Of a stretch of DNA of 64,000 nt, positions 19,666 to 28,488 are shown one piece after another (position 1 is the stretch's first letter; every line of letters begins with the position of its first letter). The notes under the pieces are model-generated. The model had not been told where the DNA came from, did not search any database, and saw nothing but the letters and a program-made list of their open reading frames with translations. This DNA is from an uncultured Spirochaetales bacterium (lineage in GTDB: Bacteria; Spirochaetota; Spirochaetia; CAYLLE01). A program made the translations under genes and the position numbers. The stretch is from NCBI GenBank assembly GCA_964384485.1, contig CAYLLE010000005.1, positions 4,258 to 68,257 of the forward strand, read 5' to 3'.

Positions 19666-21111
19666 TTGGACAGTTTTTTAGTGACCATGACTCCCTCTAC
19701 TGCTGAAAAACAGCCCCCCCATGCTCAAAGAGAAGCTTCTGCAGCGGGAATAGAAACCGGTCTGAGCCCGTTCGAGGTGCAGCTCTCCAGAGAAATGGAG
19801 AAAACTTCCCGGGAGCGGGAATCCGCCGGAAACAGACCGGAAACAGAAACATCGGCGGAAAAACCCGAGGAAACGCCCGCGGAAGCATCGGATGAAAAGA
19901 CCGGCCGGCCCGCTGAGCCGGAGACCGACGCGAAATCAGCCGATAATCCGGAAAAGCAATCCGAAAAGGAAGGAGTCGAATCCGGTGAAGAAGCTCCCGT
20001 TTTGTTCCGGGTCGGAATCAGAAAAAATCAGCCCGTACAGGCGGAAAAAGATAAAGCAGCATCGGATAAAAGCAAACAAGTCCCGGTTAAACCTGTCCCG
20101 GCGAAAATTGCCCATGTCAAGAAGCAGGAACCGGATAAGCCGCCTGGAGAAGCAGAAGCGTATATTCATGAAAAACCGGAGAGTAAAAAGAAATCATTTA
20201 CCGGAGATAAAGAAAATCAGAAAACCGGTAAGGTTATAAAAGATGCCGAAGTAAAGGCGGATCAGACCCGGTCGGGCAGTATTGATGAGAAAAGTGTAAA
20301 AGAGCCGGTTAAAGGCCGGATATCGGAAAAGACGGATATTGCGCCGTCTCCGGAGAAGGCTGAAAGCGGGGACGGGGCGGAAAAGTCCGTTATGAACCGG
20401 GTCAGACCGGAACAGCAGGAGATAAAAGCGGGGGAAGGTCCGCGGGAAGGAGTGATCTTTACCCGGAAAGCCGAAGGTCCGGACCGCGGATTCAGCCTTA
20501 ATGTGACCGATTGGAGAACGCCGGCGGATAAAGGCGGAGCAAAACAAAGCAAACATGTTACGAAAACATCCACCGTCGAATCACAGGGTCCGGATATTTC
20601 TGCTTCAAAAAGTGATGTTTCTGCTAAGGGATCTTTTCAGCTTCGCCAGGAAGCTGAGCCCCCGGCTTCTCAGTTTCAGCGGGTATTCAGGAACGTTCAG
20701 GAACAGATGCAGGGTGATTTTGTCCGGTCGGCGCGTCTGGTTTTGAAAAACGCCGGAAACGGAGAAATCCGTCTGCTCCTCCGGCCCGAGGAGCTCGGAA
20801 GCGTCAGGATTAAAATGGAAGTCGGAGATAACCGGATAACCGGCAGAATCATTGTGGATTCACCGCAGGCCAGGGAAACCATGGAGCAGAACCTGCCAAG
20901 TCTCTACAAGGCTCTTAAGGAGAGCGGATTTGAATCCGCCTCCCTGGATATTTCCCTGGGCAACCGGGAAGACGGCGGAGAGGCCGGAAACAGAAGTAAA
21001 AGGAACAGTGAAACCGGAAACATCCGGCAGGCAGCCGGAGAATTCGAGCTGAATACGGTATTTGCCGATATAAGTACTCAAGATAATATGCTTGTCAATT
21101 TGATGGTTTAG
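19666..21111 (+). CDS. fliK: Flagellar hook-length control protein FliK
   Basis: Charged low-complexity N-terminus and C-terminal LRPEELGSVRIKM...LYKALKESGF domain. TTG 19666 follows GGAGG. Confidence 0.88.
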   Translation: MDSFLVTMTPSTAEKQPPHAQREASAAGIETGLSPFEVQLSREMEKTSRERESAGNRPETETSAEKPEETPAEASDEKTGRPAEPETDAKSADNPEKQSEKEGVESGEEAPVLFRVGIRKNQPVQAEKDKAASDKSKQVPVKPVPAKIAHVKKQEPDKPPGEAEAYIHEKPESKKKSFTGDKENQKTGKVIKDAEVKADQTRSGSIDEKSVKEPVKGRISEKTDIAPSPEKAESGDGAEKSVMNRVRPEQQEIKAGEGPREGVIFTRKAEGPDRGFSLNVTDWRTPADKGGAKQSKHVTKTSTVESQGPDISASKSDVSAKGSFQLRQEAEPPASQFQRVFRNVQEQMQGDFVRSARLVLKNAGNGEIRLLLRPEELGSVRIKMEVGDNRITGRIIVDSPQARETMEQNLPSLYKALKESGFESASLDISLGNREDGGEAGNRSKRNSETGNIRQAAGEFELNTVFADISTQDNMLVNLMV

Positions 21112-21127
21112 GAGGAACGGAAGGGAT

Positions 21128-21580
21128 ATGGATTTTTCCACGTTAATGAACAATCAGGAAGTTTCAGTGCTCAAATCCCAGGTCAAGGGGATGAATGATG
21201 CGATCCTGGGTGAGCGGACAGTAAAGCAGGAACTGGGAAAGGATGATTTTTTACAGCTCCTCCTTACCCAGCTCACTCATCAGGATCCGACGGAACCGCT
21301 GGAGGACAAGGAGTTTATCGCCCAGATGGCTCAGTTCTCCACTCTGGAACAGATGAGCAACATGAGCCGCCAATTCACGGAAATGGCGGGACTCCTCTCT
21401 TCCAGTGAGGCCATGAGTCTCTTAGGACGAGATGTCCGGATTATAGCGGACGGCGCGGAAGTAACCGGTACCGTTCAGGAAGTACGCCGAGGGGAGTTTC
21501 CCCAGGTACTCGTTAATGGAACATACTACGATTTTGCCGCTGTAGACGGGGTACTCTCCCGCGGCGGCAAGGAAGAATAA
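21128..21580 (+). CDS. flgD: Flagellar hook capping protein FlgD
   Basis: LGKDDFLQLLLTQLTHQDPTEP, FIAQMAQFSTLEQ. Confidence 0.96.
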   Translation: MDFSTLMNNQEVSVLKSQVKGMNDAILGERTVKQELGKDDFLQLLLTQLTHQDPTEPLEDKEFIAQMAQFSTLEQMSNMSRQFTEMAGLLSSSEAMSLLGRDVRIIADGAEVTGTVQEVRRGEFPQVLVNGTYYDFAAVDGVLSRGGKEE

Positions 21581-21592
21581 GGAGGCGCCACT

Positions 21593-22987
21593 ATGATGCG
21601 GTCGTTGTACTCCGGAGTTTCCGGACTGCAGAATCATCAGACAAAAATGGATGTTATCGGAAACAATATATCCAATGTAAATACAACCGGTTTTAAAAAG
21701 AACCGGGTGATCTTTCAGGATATGCTCTATCAAACCCTGTCGGGAGCAGCACGTCCCCGGGAAGAAGTAGGCGGTGTAGACCCTAAACAGGTGGGATTGG
21801 GAATGACAATTGCCAGTACCGATACCGTTCATACCCAGGGATCTCTTCAAACGACTGGTAAAGCCGAGGATGTCGCCATCAACGGAAACGGTTTTTTTGT
21901 ACTCAGGAAAGGAGACCAGCTCTACTACACCAGGGACGGATCTTTCGGGATCGATGAAGAGGGAATGTTCGTAAATCCCGCGAACGGAATGCGGGTCCAG
22001 GGATGGCAGGCAGAAACGGTGGACGGCAATACAACGATCAACACCTCGGCGGAACTTCAGGACTTGGTAATTCCGGTAGGAAGCAAGGACCCGGCAGCCT
22101 CTACCTCAATGGTGGAACTGGCGTGCAACCTGAACAAGAACCTTCCCGAAATCCCCCCCGGCGCCACTCTGGAGGATGTGGACGCAGGGACCCGGGTTGT
22201 TACCCACAACATATACGATTCCATGGGAAACACCCACCAGCTCAGGGTAGAATTCACCAAAGTAGTTGGTGAAACCAACCAATGGCAGGCAGCCGTTACG
22301 GTTGATCCCGATTCGGAAACGCCCACAAATACCCTGGTAAATATCGGCGGTGTGGATGCCGAGCCATCCAACATTTTTACCATGGAATTTTCTAATGACG
22401 GTACCCTGCTTCAGGTTACCGACGCCGCGGGAGACGTTATTGACGCGGGAAACCTTGCGGTGGATGTGTCGTTTGATGTGCTGCAGGCTACCCCGCCGGT
22501 TGAAGGTGGACCTCCCCTGCGGCAGGATTTCCAGTTAAACCTCGGTGAGGCAGGATCGTTTGTAGACTCCATGACTCAGTATGCTTCACCGACTTCAACG
22601 AAGGTTTTTGCCCAGAACGGCAACGGTATGGGATACCTTGAATCGTTCCGGATCGACCAGAGCGGAATAATTACGGGTGTATTCTCTAACGGCACCAACC
22701 GTCCTCTGGGTCAACTTGCTCTGGGCAGTTTCACAAACCCGGGGGGACTGGAAAAAATCGGAGAAAACAATTTCGCGGAGACAATCAACTCCGGAATAGC
22801 GGATATCGGACCTTCCGGTATTGCCGGGAAGGGAAAGGTCATAGCCGGAACTCTGGAAATGAGTAATGTCGATTTGGCGGAACAGTTCACCGATATGATT
22901 GTTACTCAGCGGGGATTTCAGGCCAACTCTCGGACCATAACCACCTCCGACCAGATGCTTCAGGAACTTTTGAATCTGAAACGGTAA
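21593..22987 (+). CDS. flgE: Flagellar hook protein FlgE
   Basis: VIGNNISNVNTTGFK, YTRDGSF, LEMSNVDLAEQFTDMIVTQRGFQAN. Confidence 0.98.
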   Translation: MMRSLYSGVSGLQNHQTKMDVIGNNISNVNTTGFKKNRVIFQDMLYQTLSGAARPREEVGGVDPKQVGLGMTIASTDTVHTQGSLQTTGKAEDVAINGNGFFVLRKGDQLYYTRDGSFGIDEEGMFVNPANGMRVQGWQAETVDGNTTINTSAELQDLVIPVGSKDPAASTSMVELACNLNKNLPEIPPGATLEDVDAGTRVVTHNIYDSMGNTHQLRVEFTKVVGETNQWQAAVTVDPDSETPTNTLVNIGGVDAEPSNIFTMEFSNDGTLLQVTDAAGDVIDAGNLAVDVSFDVLQATPPVEGGPPLRQDFQLNLGEAGSFVDSMTQYASPTSTKVFAQNGNGMGYLESFRIDQSGIITGVFSNGTNRPLGQLALGSFTNPGGLEKIGENNFAETINSGIADIGPSGIAGKGKVIAGTLEMSNVDLAEQFTDMIVTQRGFQANSRTITTSDQMLQELLNLKR

Positions 22988-22999
22988 TTTTTGATGCCG

Positions 23000-23033
23000 G
23001 CGGGATAGAATGATTCTGTCCCGCTTGCGTTTT
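23000..23033 (+). terminator. Candidate intrinsic terminator after flgE
   Basis: Stem GCGGGATAGA/TCTGTCCCGC with one G-U pair, followed by TTGCGTTTT. Confidence 0.55.
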
Positions 23034-23054
23034 GGGGACGAATACAACTATAAT
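23025..23054 (+). promoter_or_regulatory. Candidate sigma70 promoter for flbD-motAB-fliL
   Basis: TTGCGT-N18-TATAAT, with a perfect -10 box, in the flgE-flbD gap. Confidence 0.55.
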
Positions 23055-23092
23055 TAGAGGGTGATTCCCCATCACCCCTCGAAGAGTAGCAT

Positions 23093-23290
23093 ATGATAAA
23101 AGTGACGAAGTTAGGCGGGACGGTCTATTATATCAATCCGCACCAGATCGAATATATCGAAACAAATCCCGATACAACACTGATAATGCTTTCGGGGAAA
23201 CGGCTGGTAGTCAAGGAAAGTTTTCCAGACGTGCTTGATTCTATCATTGCCTACCGGCGGCAGATTGGGGCTTTTAAAAATGAGGAGTAG
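23093..23290 (+). CDS. flbD: Flagellar FlbD/SwrD family protein
   Basis: MIKVTKLGG, INPHQIEYIE, PDT; between flgE and motA. Confidence 0.92.
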   Translation: MIKVTKLGGTVYYINPHQIEYIETNPDTTLIMLSGKRLVVKESFPDVLDSIIAYRRQIGAFKNEE

Positions 23291-23296
23291 TCCAGT

Positions 23297-24079
23297 ATGG
23301 ATTTAGGTACGATAATTGGAATTATCGCCGGTTTTCTCGTTGTGCTGTTCGGTATTATCGTCGGCGGTGCAAGCCCCGGCTTGTATGTCCACATCCCGTC
23401 CCTGCTTATTGTTTTAGGGGGTTCCTTCGGTGCCATGATGGTGTCCAATCCCTTAAGCCGGGTGCTGGGTATCATGCGGTACATCACTCAGATCATCAGG
23501 ACGCCGGACTGGCAGGAAGAAAAAGTGATCAGTGATCTGGTGGCTTTTTCAGAACGGGCAAGACGGGAAGGGCTTTTAGCACTGGAAGATAATCTTGATG
23601 AAGTGGAAGATGAATTTATGCGGAAAGGTATCCAGCTTGTTGTTGACGGTACCGATCCGGACATCATCAAGAATATCCTCTATAATGATCTGGGCCAAAT
23701 CCAGAACCGTCACGACAGCGGAATAAAACTATTTGATGACTGGGGAAAGATTGCTCCTGCGTTCGGGATGATCGGTACCCTTATCGGACTCATTGCCATG
23801 CTTGCAAACTTAGAAGATCAGTCGTCTATCGCTGCCGGTATGTCTACCGCGCTTATCACCACCCTGTACGGAGCGTTTTTCGCGAACCTGATTCTTATAC
23901 CGTTTAAAAACAAGCTGGAAGACCGGGATAAAGCTGAAACCCGGGCGAAAGAAATCATTATTGAAGGAATACTGTCGATACAGTCCGGAGACAACCCCCG
24001 GATTCTGCTGGAAAAGCTGATCAGCTTTCTCCCGCCGAGACAGCGGGAAGAACTCCGGCAGGAATCGGTGCGGGAATAA
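23297..24079 (+). CDS. motA: Flagellar stator subunit MotA/PomA
   Basis: RREGLLALE, APAFGMIGTLIGL, ALITTLYG, four TM segments. Confidence 0.97.
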   Translation: MDLGTIIGIIAGFLVVLFGIIVGGASPGLYVHIPSLLIVLGGSFGAMMVSNPLSRVLGIMRYITQIIRTPDWQEEKVISDLVAFSERARREGLLALEDNLDEVEDEFMRKGIQLVVDGTDPDIIKNILYNDLGQIQNRHDSGIKLFDDWGKIAPAFGMIGTLIGLIAMLANLEDQSSIAAGMSTALITTLYGAFFANLILIPFKNKLEDRDKAETRAKEIIIEGILSIQSGDNPRILLEKLISFLPPRQREELRQESVRE

Positions 24080-24097
24080 TCCGGCATAGGAGAATAT

Positions 24098-24826
24098 ATG
24101 CCTTTTCCTAAAAAAAAGGAAAAAAAACAGGAAGGCGCCGCTGATTGGCTCTTGACCTACGGTGACATGGTAACACTCCTCTTAACATTCTTCGTGATGA
24201 TGTTTACTACCGCGGAGATTGACGGGTATAAACTGCAGCTAATTTTAGCCGCCTTTCAGGGGGTCGGTTCTTTGGACGGCGGAAACACCCTTCAGGAGGG
24301 AAAGCTGGCTGAGCTGGGAAATAACATCATGACCCTGCCTTCCATGGAGAAGGGAAGAGCACTGGATAAGGCAAAAAAGCTTGCCACCTCCCTTCTGCAG
24401 CCGGATATCCAGACGAAAAAGATCCGGATAACCGAAGATGAACGGGGTCTGGTTATCTCCCTTGCGGCTGATTCTTTTTTCGGACCGGCAACCGCGAATG
24501 TTAACATTGAGGGCAACAGGGATATACTCAGGAATCTCTCTCTGATGCTCTCTTCGGAAACCCTGGAGAATCGAATGTTCCGCATCGAAGGCCATACCGA
24601 TTCCATTCCGACCAACCCCAGCGGAGAGTGGGAAACAAACTGGGAACTTTCAATTGACCGTGCCGCAAACATGCTCCACACCCTGGTGGATTACGGCGTG
24701 GATGAGGACCGGTTTCATGTTGCCGGTTTTGCCGATACCCGGCCTATCGCCACGAATGAAACTCCCGAAGGCAGAGCGTACAACCGGCGGGTAGAAATAA
24801 TTATTCTGACTGAAGGCCATATGTAA
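24098..24826 (+). CDS. motB: Flagellar stator subunit MotB/PomB
   Basis: WLLTYGDMVTLLLTFF with the conserved Asp; OmpA-like domain (EGHTD, NWELS, NRRVEI). Confidence 0.97.
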   Translation: MPFPKKKEKKQEGAADWLLTYGDMVTLLLTFFVMMFTTAEIDGYKLQLILAAFQGVGSLDGGNTLQEGKLAELGNNIMTLPSMEKGRALDKAKKLATSLLQPDIQTKKIRITEDERGLVISLAADSFFGPATANVNIEGNRDILRNLSLMLSSETLENRMFRIEGHTDSIPTNPSGEWETNWELSIDRAANMLHTLVDYGVDEDRFHVAGFADTRPIATNETPEGRAYNRRVEIIILTEGHM

Positions 24827-24853
24827 AGGCGTTAAATAGAAGGAGACTGAAAA

Positions 24854-25417
24854 ATGTCGGATGAGATTTTTGATAATGATGATGAGATTATCGGCGGTGA
24901 AGAGGTACAAACCGGCGGAACCAAAAAGGTCGGTTTTCTGCCGGGAATCGTCATACAGATCCTCAAGTGGGCCGCGATTGCGGTGGGAGCAGTCATCTTT
25001 ATCGTTACCGTGGTGGTGATCACCATGAATATCATGAACCGGGGATCGGTCAACCAAAGCCGGCTCCCGCAGGTAGAAGCTTATGAAGGAGCGCCGGAGA
25101 TTTTATCCTGGTTCGAAAATATCGGACAGATCAGAACACCTACGGCGGATGAAACGAGACACACCGTGATGGCAAAAATCCTCATCGGGTATCCGAAAGA
25201 CAACAAGCGAATTCAGACCGAGCTTATCGAACGGACACCATGGATAACCGAACTTGTGCGGAGCTATTTTTCGTCACATACCTCGGATGAACTTCTGGGA
25301 CAGCAGAACGAACAGCGGGTACAGGAAGAACTCAAGGCCCGCATTAACAATATAATGACGGAAGGAAAAATCAAAGAAGTAATCTTCGGAGATACCTACA
25401 ACATTGTGGAATTTTAA
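24854..25417 (+). CDS. fliL: Flagellar basal body protein FliL
   Basis: N-terminal TM helix and ELKARINNIMTEGKIKEVIF; between motB and fliM. Confidence 0.88.
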   Translation: MSDEIFDNDDEIIGGEEVQTGGTKKVGFLPGIVIQILKWAAIAVGAVIFIVTVVVITMNIMNRGSVNQSRLPQVEAYEGAPEILSWFENIGQIRTPTADETRHTVMAKILIGYPKDNKRIQTELIERTPWITELVRSYFSSHTSDELLGQQNEQRVQEELKARINNIMTEGKIKEVIFGDTYNIVEF

Positions 25418-25433
25418 GGTATAATATAGGTAT

Positions 25434-26459
25434 ATGACGGAAGTATTATCCCAGGACGAAATTGATCAGTTACTAACGGCCATATCTTCGGGTGATATAG
25501 AAACGGAGGAAGTCCATAAAGCGACGGATCAGCGGAAGATCCGGATTTGGGACTTTAAGCGGCCCGATAAGTTTTCCAAAGAACAGCAGCGGTCGGTCCA
25601 GGTAATCCACGACACCTTCGCCCGTCTTACGACCACCTCCCTCAGCGCCCAGCTCCGGAGTCTGGCCCAGGTTCATGTGGCTTCGGTAGATCAGCTCACC
25701 TATGAGGAGTTCACCCGGAGTATTCCGAATCCCACAACCCTGGCTATCATCAATATGGATCCTCTCCACGGATCGGCAATCCTGGAAATTGATCCGGCAA
25801 TCACCTTCACAATTATCGATCTTCTATTCGGAGGACAGGGAGAAGGAATTAAAGTTACCCGGGAGCTTACCGATATTGAGAGTTCGGTAATGGAAGGGGT
25901 AATAGTCCGATTTTTGGGAAATATGCGGGAAGCCTGGAGTCAGGTAATTGATTTACGGCCGAGATTGGGTAATATCGATACCAACCCCCAATTTGCATCC
26001 ATCGTCCCGCCGAACGAAATGGTACTTCTGGTGACTCTGGAAACAAAGATCGGTGATGTGGAAGGGATGATGAACATCTGTATCCCCTATATCACCATTG
26101 ACGCGATAAGTCCCAAACTGAGCCAGCAGTATATGTACTCCACCATCCGCAGAGGCGGTTCAACGGAAAATTTGAATATTATCCGGGAACGGCTCTTGCA
26201 GATGCAGATTCCCGTGGTGATAGAAATCGGGCAGATGGATATCAAGATACGGGATGTCCTGTCTCTCCAGGTAGGGGATGTGGTGCGGCTTCCCGATGTT
26301 AGAGTGGGAGACCCTTTTACCTTAAAAATTGTAAATAAACCGAAGTTCCTGTGTAAACCAGGCGTGGTCGGAAAAAAATATGCCATTCAGATTACTAAAA
26401 AACTCGAAGAAGTCACCAAAGAAGAATTCGAAGAGCTGGCTTCTGAGGTTGAAGAATAA
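25434..26459 (+). CDS. fliM: Flagellar motor switch protein FliM
   Basis: EVLSQDEIDQLL CheY-binding peptide, DFKRPDKFSKEQ, C-terminal SpoA domain. Confidence 0.97.
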   Translation: MTEVLSQDEIDQLLTAISSGDIETEEVHKATDQRKIRIWDFKRPDKFSKEQQRSVQVIHDTFARLTTTSLSAQLRSLAQVHVASVDQLTYEEFTRSIPNPTTLAIINMDPLHGSAILEIDPAITFTIIDLLFGGQGEGIKVTRELTDIESSVMEGVIVRFLGNMREAWSQVIDLRPRLGNIDTNPQFASIVPPNEMVLLVTLETKIGDVEGMMNICIPYITIDAISPKLSQQYMYSTIRRGGSTENLNIIRERLLQMQIPVVIEIGQMDIKIRDVLSLQVGDVVRLPDVRVGDPFTLKIVNKPKFLCKPGVVGKKYAIQITKKLEEVTKEEFEELASEVEE

Positions 26460-26501
26460 CCCCGGTTTCCACTCCGGGTATCTTAAAACGGGAGGATTAC
26501 T

Positions 26502-27599
26502 ATGAGTGACGGTTCGTTGTCTCAAGATGAAATAGATGCTTTGCTGCAGGGGTCAGGTGATGTTGATTTCGGTGAAACTCCGTCCGCCGAAGGCGGAGCG
26601 GGCCTGGGCAGTCAGGAGATCCGGGCGTTTTCGAAACTGATGGATGAGACCTTGGACTCACAGGCATCCATTTTTTCCATGCTTCTGAGCAAAACAGTCA
26701 CGGTCAGGGATCCGAAGGTGAATACCCGGAGTCTGCAGGATATTGCCGGAAACCTCGGCAATATGGCGGTGCAGGTAACTGTTGGACTTAACGGCGCCGT
26801 GTCCGGTCCCCACGCGTTTTTTGTCCAGGGCGAAGCGGCCCAGAAAATCGCGGGTCCCATGATGGGAGAAGAACAGCTCGAACTGGATGACGCCGCGGTA
26901 AACGCTCTGCAGGAAGCTTTTTCCCAGATAACCGGGAATATTGCCACGACGTTAGGAAATAAAACCGGCGGAACAATCATGACCGATCCGGCGGAAGGCA
27001 CATTAGTTGAATCCGGAGATCTTTCGTTTTCGGAAGATAATCCGGTTACCGTTTCCTATGAGCTTGGAATTGAAGGGGAAGGAAACTACACGATTTACGA
27101 AGTTTTCTCCCCGGACACCGTTCAAGCAATTCTGGAAGCCGCAGGTTTAGGCAGCAGTCCGGCGCCCCAGGCGGCGGCAGGCGGCGGCGGGGGAAATCCC
27201 TTCGCGGCAGGAGGTCAGTCCCAGGGGGGATTCGGCGGCGGAGGCGGCGGTATGAATCCATTTTCCACCGGTCCGGGAGAACCGGATGTACAGGCAGTTC
27301 AGTTTCCCGGACTGCAGCAGCAGAATGTTCCGTCGGAACAAGGCAATATAGGTCTTCTTATGGATGTATCCATGGAGATGACCGTTGAACTTGGACGGAC
27401 AAAATGGCTTATCAGGGATATTCTCGGGATGGCGGAGGGGACAATCGTACAGCTTGATAAGCTGTCGGGAGAACCGGTAGACATCCTGGTGAACAACAAA
27501 CCCATAGCGAAGGGGGAGGTTGTGGTTATCGATGAGAACTTCGGTGTCAGGGTCACTGAAATAGTCTCCGGAATGGACAGACTTGGTAATCTGAAATAA
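26502..27599 (+). CDS. fliY: Flagellar motor switch protein FliY (CheC-like domain plus FliN domain)
   Basis: SLSQDEIDALL, CheC-fold middle region, C-terminal DVSMEMTVELG...GEVVVIDENFGVRVTEI. Confidence 0.9.
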   Translation: MSDGSLSQDEIDALLQGSGDVDFGETPSAEGGAGLGSQEIRAFSKLMDETLDSQASIFSMLLSKTVTVRDPKVNTRSLQDIAGNLGNMAVQVTVGLNGAVSGPHAFFVQGEAAQKIAGPMMGEEQLELDDAAVNALQEAFSQITGNIATTLGNKTGGTIMTDPAEGTLVESGDLSFSEDNPVTVSYELGIEGEGNYTIYEVFSPDTVQAILEAAGLGSSPAPQAAAGGGGGNPFAAGGQSQGGFGGGGGGMNPFSTGPGEPDVQAVQFPGLQQQNVPSEQGNIGLLMDVSMEMTVELGRTKWLIRDILGMAEGTIVQLDKLSGEPVDILVNNKPIAKGEVVVIDENFGVRVTEIVSGMDRLGNLK

Positions 27600-27671
27600 G
27601 GTTTGTTAACTAAAGAAGTCCGAAAAAAGTAAAAAAACAGTGAAAAAAATGCAAATTCACGAAACAATCGG

Positions 27672-27700
27672 TTGATGAATCGGTAAAAGAGCCGTAGAAT
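27672..27700 (+). promoter_or_regulatory. Candidate sigma70 promoter for fliO-fliP-fliQ-fliR-flhB-flhA
   Basis: TTGATG-N17-TAGAAT in an AT-rich gap of about 185 bp, preceded by A-tracts. Confidence 0.6.
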
Positions 27701-27784
27701 AGTATATATCTGGAGAAATTTTTTTCCGGATCCGGAAGGAGACAGAATATCGGCTGTTTCCGGAAGGTGATTTGGGAGGGGACA

Positions 27785-28456
27785 ATGAAACGACTCGTTA
27801 TCTGTTTAAGTATCATAATACTATCATTCTCATTACCACTCTTCTCTCAGGAACAGGCCGGGTCCGGTTCTTCTCCCAGTTCGGAAAATACATCAGACGG
27901 AACGATGGTGGATGAAACTGCAATACGGATCGGCGGACAGGAAGATCCCGCCGAAGACGGGCAGGCGGAAGTTCCCGATTCGTCTCTGGGAAGTTTAAGC
28001 ATCTGGAGTTTCCTCCGGATGATCCTGGTTCTGGGTCTTGTGGTCGGCGCAATTTATCTTATTTTTCATTTCTTAAAAAAAGCCGGCGGATCCAAATTCA
28101 AAGATTCCGATCTCATCAAAATAATCGGTACAAAGCAGATCTCAGCAAACAAATATCTCTATCTTGTTGAAGTAGGAGGACTGCTCTACCTGGTGGGAAG
28201 CGGCGAAAACGGTATGCAGCTCGTTTCGGAGATTACCCGGCAGGAAGTGGTGGATGAACTTTTGATTCAGGCGGCCGCGAATCCTGAAGTTCCCAAAAAG
28301 AATTTCGCCGACATGTTCAGCGGAATGTTCCGCGGGGGCGGATCATCCGGATTTTCCGGTATCGGCGGCGGCGGAGGTTCCGCGATCGGCTCCGCGGATT
28401 TTTTAAAAAAGCAGCGGGAGCGGCTTAAGAACATTAAAAATAGTCCGGGTATTTAG
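27785..28456 (+). CDS. fliO: Flagellar biosynthesis protein FliO/FliZ
   Basis: Signal-like N-terminus, TM helix, KYLYLVEVGGLLYLVGSGENGMQLVSEI; upstream of fliP. Confidence 0.85.
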   Translation: MKRLVICLSIIILSFSLPLFSQEQAGSGSSPSSENTSDGTMVDETAIRIGGQEDPAEDGQAEVPDSSLGSLSIWSFLRMILVLGLVVGAIYLIFHFLKKAGGSKFKDSDLIKIIGTKQISANKYLYLVEVGGLLYLVGSGENGMQLVSEITRQEVVDELLIQAAANPEVPKKNFADMFSGMFRGGGSSGFSGIGGGGGSAIGSADFLKKQRERLKNIKNSPGI

Positions 28457-28488
28457 AATTCCGGCATGTTTCATTATTGGGGGGGGAA

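Noticed and set aside
25420-25425. TATAAT before fliM as a promoter
   Set aside because: No credible -35 or extended -10 at a proper spacing.
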